DNA of 64,000 bases from assembly GCA_020184695.1 (NCBI GenBank), contig JAANOX010000153.1, positions 372,001-436,000 of the forward strand, read 5' to 3'. Under the pieces are notes generated by a model. It did no database searches. It saw only the letters and a program-made list of their open reading frames with translations, and was not told the DNA's origin. Below, in pieces: positions 47,562 to 58,221 of this stretch. The DNA comes from Histomonas meleagridis 2922-C6/04-290x. Taxonomy: Eukaryota; Protista; Parabasalia. Each line of letters begins with the position of its first letter. The stretch's first letter is position 1. The translations under genes were made by a program, and so were the position numbers.

Positions 47562-48263
47562 CTAACATTACGGGAACCCCTGTTGTAAATACTATTCGAA
47601 AGGTTGTATAATATTTTCTATATTGATCAATAGAATTTATTGTATGAGTTAACTCAAAAAGTTGAGAAGGTAAAGTATAACTTTTTTATTCACCAATGCT
47701 TCTATAAGATAACCAATAATTTTAAAATAATCTAAATAGTTTGAAACTTATTTTACTCATTTTATATATATTTTGATGTTTGTGATTTGTTTTAATGATT
47801 TTTATGTTTCGGATAAAATCACTTCATTTTGCAACCAAAAATATCGAAGAAATGGTTAAAATAATTTAGAAATTTCTTGAAAAGTCTCAGATCGTACTCA
47901 AAAAAAATTATTATTTAAATAATAATAGTATACAGTATGTTTGTAAAAGTATTCCTTTGCTAAAACAAGGTATTTTAATGTGAATGAAATAAACAATTGG
48001 CGGAATCAAAAAAAAAAGTTAATAAAGCACAATTATAACATACAAATAATATAGAAATATAGATTAGAAAAAGCAAGAGCTTTGCTGAATAGGATAAGTT
48101 TTTATATATCAAGGATAAAGCTGTACGCAAAAAACTCTTCCCTTAACGTTTTTTTGACCGTTTAAAACCCAAGTGGTTCCTCCAAAATATCTGTATCGCA
48201 TTTTATGAAAAAAGTGCCATTTGTATTGATACATTTTATATCACACAGTGGAACTCAGAAATA

Positions 48264-51200
48264 ATGTTTAATAATTCCCAAGATAACAACAATATCAGTG
48301 TTATAACTTCGGAAGATAAAAAGGGCAATTCTATTTCACAATCTCCTTATTTAAAAATACTCATAGAGCTGAAACAAATTATATTTAATTTAACTAATGA
48401 AAACATAAATTTATCATTGGAAAAAACTAAAGAATTATGTGATTCAAACTTTACATATTCTTTTAATTTAATCATAATCAATTTGATATACTATTCATTT
48501 TTATCACAAAATAATGAAAGTGATATATGTATAAAATATTTAGAAGAACTTCAAACAAAAGAAAATAATCCAAAGATCATTGATATTTTTATTGATTACA
48601 TATACAAGCGCGCATCACCGGAAACATATTATTTAATTGAAAAAATGATAGAACAAAATATTGTTGATAAAAGCATTTCTTCATATTTTAAGACTGAATA
48701 TTTTGCTCATTATCAAACTGAAGAAGAAAGTACGTCATTTTTTTCTAAAGATGAATTTTTATATTACTTCTTACATAATTATTCTAAACTATCAAATAAT
48801 GATTGGGAACTTCATAAACAATATATTAAAGAAGGACATAATCCAAATGAAATATCAAAAATAATTCGAAACGATGAAATCGAAAAACTTCAAGAAATAA
48901 CATCACAAACAAATTTTGATTTTAATCAATTTATTGAGCCATCACTTTATGAAAGATGTTCATTTATTAATAAAAAAAAAAGGTTACATTAATTGATTAT
49001 GCAGCATTTTTTTCTTCAGTTAAATGTTTTAAATATTTACTTATGAATGGTGCAAAAGTAAATAACACAGGTAAATATGTAGTTGCAGGTGGAAACATTG
49101 AAATAATTCATTTATGTGAACAAAATCATTCTTCATTTAATAATGCATATAAAACAGCAATTAGATTCCATAGAAATGATATTTTCAAATATTTTTATGA
49201 GAAATATTGTGAAAAATCTGATCCATCAATTTTTAGCTCTAGAACCCAACCACCTTATAATCAACCAAAAAGTTCTCAACAATTAAATATAAAAGTTGAT
49301 CAAGATACTATTAATAATTTTGAACAGTTTTGCATTCATAGTGGGAATTATGAAATTTTCTCATTTTTGGAAGAAGAAAGATTTGTAATTAATAATTCAC
49401 AAAATAATTTATGTGAATCTGTTATTAATATATCAGCACTACATGGTAACTTATATCTTATTAAATATTTCGCAAATAACCCATTTCCAAAAGAAGTTTT
49501 ATTTAATTCTTTAATATCGGAAAATTTGGAACTTGTAAAATATGTTATCGAACTGAAAAAAATTGATATAAATGCTAAAGATATTTTTTTGTTTTATTTA
49601 TTGTTTATATATTTGTTTAGGAATTTTAAAATAATATTTAGAAATTAATCAAATTATTTAATACGGCACTTATCATTGCTTCTGATAAAGGTTACACAGA
49701 AATAGTGAAATTACTTCTTGAACAAGAAGGAATTGATATTAATGATAAAGGTGTTTATTTACTTTGTTTGAGATTTGTTTTAATGTTTTTTAATTCCAAA
49801 ATAATATTTGGGAATTATATGTAATGTTTTATACAGCACTTGCTCGTGCATCTCTATTTAATTATGTAGAAATAGTAAAATTACTATTGCAACATAAAGA
49901 AATTGATGTTAATGCTGGTAATGTTATTATATTTGAAATATTATTTATATCAATAATTTTATATTTTGTTTTTACATTTGGAAATTAATCACTTTATTTG
50001 AAACACCACTAATTCAAGCTGCAAAAAATGGTTCAAGTGAAATTGTTAAATTACTTGTTAAACAAAAAGATATTCAAATTAATGCTAAAGGTGCTTAAAT
50101 ATTTTGTTTAAAGTATATCTAATATAATTGAAATTTCTTAATTATATTTGGAAATTATTTGATTTATTTAAGACAGAGCTTTCTATAGCATCTAGTGAAG
50201 GTCATACAGAAACAGTAAAAATACTTCTTGAGCAAAAGGATATTGATATTAATATAAAAGATATTTGTTTGTTCAATTTAATGATTATTGAAATAATTTT
50301 GGATTATATCATGAGATTTAGGAATTATACAAATAACTTAAAACTCCTCTAATTGAAGCATCTGAATGGTCATACAGAAGTTGTTAAATTACTTCTTGAA
50401 CATGAAGGAATTGATGGTAATGCTAAAACATCAAATGTTTATTTCAACTTTATGCTTCAAAATAATATTCGGAAATTATGAAAATTATTTAAAACAGCAC
50501 TTATGATTGCATCTGAAAATCAATATTTTGAAATAGTTAATTTACTGATTCAACAAAAAGGAATTGATATTAATATTAAAGATATTTAATGGATTTATTT
50601 AGTATTGATTTGATTAATTTAATGTTTAAAAATAATATTTGGAAATAATTTAAATTATTTAATTCATTATTTATATTAGCATCTTTAAGTGGTAAAATAG
50701 AAACTGTCAAAACACTTTTAGAACATAAATTGTTTGATATTAATGAAAAAAATATTTATTTGTTCTTCTTTTAATTTATTTTATTAATTTATAGTATCAA
50801 AATTTTATTTGGAAGTTATTTGATTTGCTTAATACAGCACTTATGTATGCATCTAAATGTGGTAAAACAGAAATTATTAAATTTCTACTTGAGCAAGATG
50901 GAATTGAAGTTAATGCAAAAAATATTTTTTTGTTTTATTTAATACTTATCTAGACAATTTAAAATTTCAAAATAATATATGGAAATTATTAAAAACATTT
51001 GATACAGCGCTTATTTTAGCAACTGGAAGTGGTTTTACGGAAACAGTTAAATTACTTCTTAAACATAAAGAAATTGATATTAATGCTAAAGGTTTTTATT
51101 TATTCTATTTAAAATTTATTATAATAATATTATATTTCAAAATAATATTTGGAAATTATTTAAATTATTTTATACAGCACTTCTATTGGCATCTATAAAA

Positions 51201-53523
51201 GGTTATATAGAAATAGTTACATTACTTCTTGAACAAGAAGGAATTGATATTAATGCTAAAGATATTTATTTGTTTTATTCAAAATTTATTTTAATAATTT
51301 AATATTTCTGCAAAACATTTGAAATATAAATAAAATATTTGAAACATCACTGATATTTTCATCTTATAAAGGTTATATAGAAATAGTTACATTACTTCTT
51401 AAACAAAAAGGAATTGATATTAATGCTAAAGATAAACTTTAGATACTTTATTTAAAATATGTTTCATTATTTTAATATTTCGAAATAGTATTTGGAATTG
51501 ACTCAACTTATTTTGTACAGCATTAATTTATGCAGCTCAAAATAATCAATTTGAAATAGTTAAATTACTACTTAAACAAGATGGAATTGACATCAATATT
51601 AAAGATGTTCATTAATTTTATTGAAATTATATATGAATTATTTTTAGTATTAAAATAATTTTTGGGATTTAATAAAACAATTTGATACAGCACTTATGAA
51701 AGCTACATATAAAAGCAACACAGAAATAATAAAATTACTTCTTAACCAAAAAGGAATTGATTATATTTCTAAAGATATAGATTTGTAACATTACATATTT
51801 CATATAATAATTTGATGTTTCAAAATGAAATTTGGAAATTATATAAATCATATTGGACAACATTTATGGTTGTATCTGGACTAGGCAATATTGATCTAGT
51901 TAAAATGCTTCTTGAGAAAGAGAGAAATGATATTAATGCCAAAGATATTTATTCAGTATATTTAACGTTTATTTTAATTATTTTCGATTTTTAAACAACT
52001 TTTGGAATTTATTATATAAATTTGAAACAGCACTTATAAAAGCAATATATAAAAATCATATAGAAGTAGTCAAATTACTTCTTGAACAAGAAGGAATTGA
52101 TATTGATACCAAAGATATTTATTTGTTTTATTTAAAATTTATATTAATAATTTGAAATTATAAAAGAATATATGAAAATTATTAGAATTATTTAATACAG
52201 CACTTATATGGGCATCTGAAAATGGTCATACAGAAATAGTTAAATTGCTTCTTGAACAAGATAGAATTGATATTAATGCTAAAAATATTTATTTGTTTTG
52301 TTTAATACCCATTTTAACATATTAAAATTTCAAAATAATATGTGGAAATTGTTTTAGTTATTTAAAACAGCACTGATTGTGGCATCTCAAAAAGGTTTTC
52401 ATGGAATAGTTAAATTACTTCTTGAACAAAAAGGAATTGATATTAATACCAAAAATATTCATTCGTTTTATTTGATATTTATTTTAATAATTTGAAAATT
52501 CAAAAGAATACTTGGAAATTAATTAAATCATATTTAACAGCACTTATGTATGCATCTTTTAAAGGTCATGCAGAAATTGTAAAATTACTTCTTGAAAAGG
52601 AAGGAATTGATATTAATGCCAAGGATATTTATTTATTTTATTTAAAATTTATATTAATAATTTGAAATTATAAAAGAATATATGAAAATTATTAGAATTA
52701 TTTAATACAGCACTTATATGGGCATCTGAAAATGGTCATGCAGAAATTGTAAAATTACTTCTTGAACAAGAAGGAATTGATATCAATGTGAAAGATATTT
52801 CTTTGTTTTATTTGAAATTTATTTCTATAATTTGAAATTTTATAATAAATTTTGGAATATATAAAAATTATTTGAAACAGCACTAATTAAAGCATCTTCA
52901 AGAGGTTATACAGAAATAGTTAAATTACTTTTTGAACAAGAAGGAATTGATATTAATGCTAAAAATATTTATTTGTTGTATTTAATATTCATTTTAATCA
53001 ATTAAAATTTCAAAAAAAATATTTGGAAATTATTTAAATTATTTCGAACAGCACTTATTGAAGCATCTTTAAATGGTCATACAGAAATAGTTAAATTGCT
53101 TCTTGAACAAGATAGAATTGATATCAATGCAAAAGATATTTATTTTTTAAATAAAAAGCTTATTTTAATAATTTGATATTACAAAATAATATTAGGAAAT
53201 CATTCAAATGATTTAGCACAGCATTAAAATATGCACAATCAAAAAACAACTTAGAATTAATACAAACACTTAATGAGAAAGGTGCAGAAGGTGGAAATGC
53301 TGATTTCGTATTTTTACCTACAAATAATCGCACATTCCGTTTATTCGGTCATATGGAAAATAAGCCAAATTTTACATTTCAACAAAAAATTGAAAACTCG
53401 AAAGAGAAGGATCAGTTTGAAAACAACAATAAGATTAACATACAAACACAAACAGATAAAAATATTGTCATATCACATCAAAAAGCACCAGAATTTTTTG
53501 ATAAGATAATGCTTTCAATATGA
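48264..53523 (+). other. Interrupted ankyrin-repeat gene: DUF3447-like N-terminus, 22 ANK modules separated by 80-nt non-coding spacers, open terminal segment
   Basis: N-terminal ORFs 48264-48992 and 49043-49648 join across an A10 run into YERCSFIN..TLIDYAAFFSSVKCFKYLLMNGAKV, a DUF3447-like pattern. Modules read TALxxASxxGxxEIVKLLLEQxGIDINAKD. The final segment 53218-53523 is open to TGA. Confidence 0.85.
49583..53217 (+). repeat. 170-bp tandem array (80-nt spacer + 90-nt ANK module), 22 spacers
   Basis: Module starts: 49663, 49833, 50003, 50173, 50343, 50494, 50664, 50834, 51004, 51174, 51344, 51517, 51687, 51857, 52027, 52197, 52367, 52537, 52707, 52877, 53048, 53218. Confidence 0.95.
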
Positions 53524-54214
53524 CTTTTTTCTTTTAAGTTAAGATATTTCAAAAAGAATAAAGTAAAGTAAAAGTAATGTATCTATGATTAGTTACAAAT
53601 GTCATATAGAACGTATTGAGATTCAAAATATCAAATAAAAAACATATAAAGTTTTCACATTTTTTTTAATATCAACATTAAAGCAGAATGTGAATTTTTA
53701 AAATTTTTCTTTAAAATATTGAGAAATCACATAGACTGACAACAAAATTTTAGATAGACCATAAATTTTTATATGGTTTGTTAGAAAATAGAAATTTTTA
53801 CATATATTTAGTCCCAAAAATATGAATTAATTAAAAAATGTTTAAAAAATCGAGAAAAAAGAATTTTTCGTGTTAACGTTCTCCTGAGTAAAATGAGTGA
53901 AAATAGAAATATTGGGAAAATAACAAAATTCAATCGAAAAAAAGATTCATTAAATATATATTACTCAATATGTTCTCCACTAATAATGCTACAGTGTAAT
54001 CGTGGGTTATATTAAAGTGTCGGTCTACAGGTTTTTCGCTGCAGTCTATATAAATTTATTTAAATTATTTTTCGAAAAACAAATCGCAGGCATAAATTTA
54101 ACATTAATTGTCACCAGTAAAACCCGTTCCATTGTTAACAAATGATATTTTTTCATCAGAGATATCTCTAAATGCACAAAAAATGTATTTATAAATGACA
54201 AAAATCACGTTTAA

Positions 54215-55570
54215 TTAATCAGCAGTTATATATGTTGAGCTTTGCGCCAAGAACTCCGACGACTGACTCTTATCTATGAACAAAGCAGCTGCCTTATTTA
54301 CGTCGTCTGTCATCACTTCCTTATTTTTATGTCTCGCGGCAATCAACGACGAAGTTGTAATTAATTGCATTGCGTATCTTAAAGATCTTAACTTCGCATA
54401 AACTGTTAATGTCTTTAATGCTTCTTTCGACATTGTCACGTCTTCTTCTTCACATCTTTTGATGAGAATCTTCTTTAACTCTTTTTCTGTGTATGTATTC
54501 GTTGGTATAATCAAAGTCCTTTGTAACATATCATAAGGAATTCCATGCGGCCCGATTTCATTTGTTCCGCGGACTTTAGTATTACCTCTGTTACTCGCCA
54601 TGATGATAATTGGCGCTGATGGACTTTCCATAGCTCTGTTAAGAAATGAGAAACATTCGATGTCGAGCATATGGACTTCATCGATGAATAGAACGCCTGG
54701 AATAAGTTCGGCACGTTTCTCATCTTGCCATTGCTCGACTTGCTTATCAACATGATCACGAATTTCCGGTTTGATTTCACCAGTGTCACCCGAAAAAAGT
54801 GCCAGGAAGCCTTGGTTTCGGGAATTGACAACATCAATCTCGTGGAGCGTAAGGGTGTGGACTGTCTCTTTCTTGGTTTTAAGTTCTCCATCCGGGGTGT
54901 GCACAAATTGCATTCGAGGACCTGTTGCATCAAAATCTTGCGCATGTGCAAATGAACGGCCAAGTCGTGTCATATTACCAGTGGATGTGTCAATGGATAT
55001 AACATCACCTATCTCTATCTTAAGACGCGTGATTTGATCAATCATACGTGGACCTAAATCAAATACTGATTCCATATCAGTGGTCTTTAATGTGATACTG
55101 CCAGTACGTTGGGCTCTTTCACCTGATGGTGGCTGAATTTCAATCTCTACAACTTCACCTTCACATACTTCAGTGACTTCATGTATTTTGACACCAATTG
55201 ATTGACGTAATGCTTGTGTAAGGGCTTCAGTTTTGTTCATTTCAAGTGAAAAAACTTCGCTACCAGTGATTGATGTAAATGGAGTATCAGGACCAAGTGA
55301 CTTGGATAATGCGTGCGCCAATGCTGTTTTACCTGTACCTGGTGGTCCAGCAAGAAGAATTACTCTTCCTGCAATTTTACCACTTTTGATCATTCTTAAA
55401 ACAACACCTAAAGCTTTTCTTGCATTGTTTTGCCCAACAAGACCTTCCGAATCTTGACGTGGTGCTAATATATCTGAAAGACCTAATCCACGGATATGTG
55501 AATGTGCGCCAATACGTTCGAGTGGTGTTGGTGTTATGTCTGTTTCTTGTTTATTTATTGGGATCTCCAT
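54215..55570 (-). CDS. RUVBL2: RuvB-like 2 (reptin)
   Basis: ERIGAHSHIRGLGL, GPPGTGKTA, LTLHEIDVVNSR, GVLFIDEVHMLD. Confidence 0.95.
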   Translation of the reverse strand: MEIPINKQETDITPTPLERIGAHSHIRGLGLSDILAPRQDSEGLVGQNNARKALGVVLRMIKSGKIAGRVILLAGPPGTGKTALAHALSKSLGPDTPFTSITGSEVFSLEMNKTEALTQALRQSIGVKIHEVTEVCEGEVVEIEIQPPSGERAQRTGSITLKTTDMESVFDLGPRMIDQITRLKIEIGDVISIDTSTGNMTRLGRSFAHAQDFDATGPRMQFVHTPDGELKTKKETVHTLTLHEIDVVNSRNQGFLALFSGDTGEIKPEIRDHVDKQVEQWQDEKRAELIPGVLFIDEVHMLDIECFSFLNRAMESPSAPIIIMASNRGNTKVRGTNEIGPHGIPYDMLQRTLIIPTNTYTEKELKKILIKRCEEEDVTMSKEALKTLTVYAKLRSLRYAMQLITTSSLIAARHKNKEVMTDDVNKAAALFIDKSQSSEFLAQSSTYITAD

Positions 55571-55806
55571 CAAATAAATGGTCAGATAAAAATAAACGGT
55601 CGAATTGGAGCACCCTCATTTTGAACGTTGTAAACCGTTTTTGCACTTTTGCTTTACCTAACCGGGTCGATAACGCTACTTCTCTTATCAATTTTCATTC
55701 AGAATTTTCTCAAAAATAGAAACGATGAACTTTTTGAATTTACCAGTGGTAATTGAAAAGAACTGAAGTTGCGTGGACATTCCCTTCTGTTTTACCATAG
55801 AATGAT

Positions 55807-57765
55807 ATGAATTTCATAGAAATCATTATATTATTTGTATTTGGGGTAGGTGCTTCTTGCGTTTCGCATGATTCCGATTTTCATTCACCGAATTTTGAAA
55901 TTTCAGATGATTTTTTTCGACTCTTCAAATTCAATAAAACCTATAACATTCTTAACAATAAAACAAACATAAAAATTCATGATGAGCATAAGACACTTGC
56001 ATCTTCTTACATGCATACAATTAATACATATGAAAATTCTCCTAAATTCCATTTAACGTCCAATAAAAGTAACCAAATTAGTGATTCAAAAGTACAGAAA
56101 AATAAAAAAAACAACAGGATTCTTGCATTAAACGAAAACATCTGGTTCACACTTAATGACTCTGGAATATTACAAAACAACTATAAATTAGGTGTCACAG
56201 TTGTAAAATCACCGAATAGTAACATGGAAAACAAGTATCAAAATGTTGAGTGCACTTGGAGCAATAATAAAATACAAACAAATATTCTTTTTGAAGACGA
56301 AACAGAAACAATAACAGTTGCTGTATATTATCCGTATTTTTCATACGTGAATGATCAAGGATATAAAACCATTGCTACTAATGTTGTTCAAACAGCATTA
56401 GAACAAAAACAATTAGACATCATTGCAGGTACAGCACAAACTTATTATAGATCAGGAAATCCTCATATTGGACTCAGCCATAAAATGTCTATTCTCCAAA
56501 TTACAATTAAACTTGGTGATGGATACAATCCGGATGAAATTTCATCAACGAATTGGAAATTTTATATTAGTGGGTTAAAGCATCAAGGTACATTTAATAT
56601 TAGAACATGTACAGTTATTGCATCAGCTGATGTACAGTTATTGCATCAGCTGACAATTATGAAATAACAAATGGGAAATATACAAATGATGTTTCACAAG
56701 GCACAAGAGTTTATACGTTATATGTTATTCCACAAAAATTTGAACAATTAACAGTTACTGTTAAAATAAATGAGAAAACCTCCCATGTATCATTTGGTTC
56801 GAATGAACTTATATCTAATGTAGAATATTCTTATAAAATTACTTTGAAAAAACCAACAAAATCAAATACATTTACTAAATCAAATCCATTTACAAAATCA
56901 AATCCATTTACTAAATCAAATTCATTTACTAAATCAAATACATTTACTAAGTCAAATACATTTACTAAGTCAAATACATTTACTAAATCAAATACATTTA
57001 CTAAATCAAATACATTTACTAAATCAAATATATTTACGAATTCAAATACATTTACTAAATCAAATACATTTACTAAATCAAATACATTCACTAAATCAAA
57101 TACATTTACTAAATCAAATACATTTACTAAATCAAATACATTTACTAAGTCAAATACATTTACTAAGTCAAATACATTTACTAAATCAAATACATTTACT
57201 AAATCAAATACATTTACTAAATCAAATACATTCACTAAAATCAAATACATTTACAAATTTAAATATATTTACAAATTCGACATCAAATGATTTAACATTA
57301 ACTCACTCTTTAACATTAATATATTCTTTTTCAGTTTCCCAATCACTAACTATATCGTTTTATATAATAGAATCTTATGTATTAACTCTGCTTAATCCTT
57401 TTTCAACATATATTGCTACGAAATATGTAACATATAATTTCACGGTAATTTATTATTCATCTTTATATAGTTATTATGCGTATTCATTTTTTTATAAACA
57501 TATTGATCAAAATGAAATAAATAATAACAATAACAATAGTATATCATCAAACATTTTAATCGGAATTATCTGCGGATCAGTTGCTGCAATTTTCATAATT
57601 ATCGGAATAATTGTTTTTGTATTTCATCACAAGCAAATAAAAGAAATCAAACAACATTCAAATTTATTTAAAGAAAATTCTTTTTCAGATGAAGATGAAA
57701 TTGTCGAAAATGTTTATAAAGAATTTTATGAACTTGCACAAGAAGAAAATGACAAATGGATTTAA
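55807..57765 (+). pseudogene. Surface protein with fimbrillin (Mfa1-like) domain, S/T-rich hexapeptide stalk, TM and DKWI tail; two lesions
   Basis: VYYPY...DIIAG...HKMSILQITIKLGDG...ISGLKHQGTFNI. Removing a 23-nt duplication (56608-56653) continues into YVIPQ...YSYKITL and FTKSNT repeats. Removing one A at ~57238 continues to a TM and stop at 57763-57765. Confidence 0.72.
56856..57250 (+). repeat. 18-bp coding tandem repeat (FTKSNT), ~21 copies
   Basis: TTTACTAAATCAAATACA units. Confidence 0.95.
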
Positions 57766-58221
57766 TATACCATTTTAATCATTAAATTTCATAAAGAATA
57801 GTTTTAATAAAGATAATTAAATTATATTTCTCTTTTTGAATATTTAATCACGCAAATAATAACTTTCGCAAATTAAATGTTTTTTCATTTTTTTTTTCAA
57901 TAAAAACTTCGATGAGTTTTATAACATTTTACAAAAGCTTGAACTATAAAGCAGAGGGGATTTCCTTATTTCAAACAAACAATTTTTGATAAACGAAACC
58001 AAATTGTGTAATTTCAATTTCTTTAAAAAAAAATAAAGACCATAACTTTAGCCATATCACAAGGTATTTACGAAAAACTCTGATTTATTACATTTTTTTT
58101 ACATATTATTACTATCATTAATTAATCTCAAATCAGCAGGAAGCAAAGCCAAACAAACGAAAACTATTTTGGAGATTGAAATATTTAGAAGTGAAGTAGA
58201 ACAAATACATATAACAATTTT

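Noticed and set aside
48972-48981. Programmed frameshift at the A10 run in the DUF3447-like head (likewise 20304 in BspA, ~57238, ~28222)
   Set aside because: Single-base indels in homopolymers are the typical long-read/assembly error; they cannot be distinguished without raw reads.
49583-53217. Spacers as canonical GT-AG spliceosomal introns (GT at position 9, TACAG at the module start)
   Set aside because: GT is present in only about half the units, and two near-identical spacers differ exactly there. AG is absent in units starting ACAC/ACAT/ACAA/ACTC/TCAT. There is no ACTAAC branch motif, and this junction is out of frame and deletes the conserved Thr.
49583-53217. Spacers as AT-AC (U12-type) introns
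   Set aside because: AT...AC excisions of 82 or 84 nt do not restore the frame (removal must be 2 mod 3), there is no TCCTT consensus, and trichomonads are not known to have a minor spliceosome.
49583-53217. Single 53-nt hop between the ATATTT direct repeats (ATT to ATT), giving a 9-residue linker IWKLFKLFN
   Set aside because: At least ten of the 22 spacers have a stop in that landing frame.
49583-53217. Alternative genetic code or stop read-through explaining the array
   Set aside because: The 80-nt spacers shift the frame regardless, and TAA, TAG and TGA are all used as normal stops by genes in this window.
49583-53217. CRISPR-like repeat-spacer array
   Set aside because: Eukaryotic context, no cas genes, both halves of the unit are homologous between copies, and one half encodes ANK.
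56831-57250. Minus-strand FDLVNV-repeat ORF
   Set aside because: Antisense shadow of the 18-bp FTKSNT repeat.
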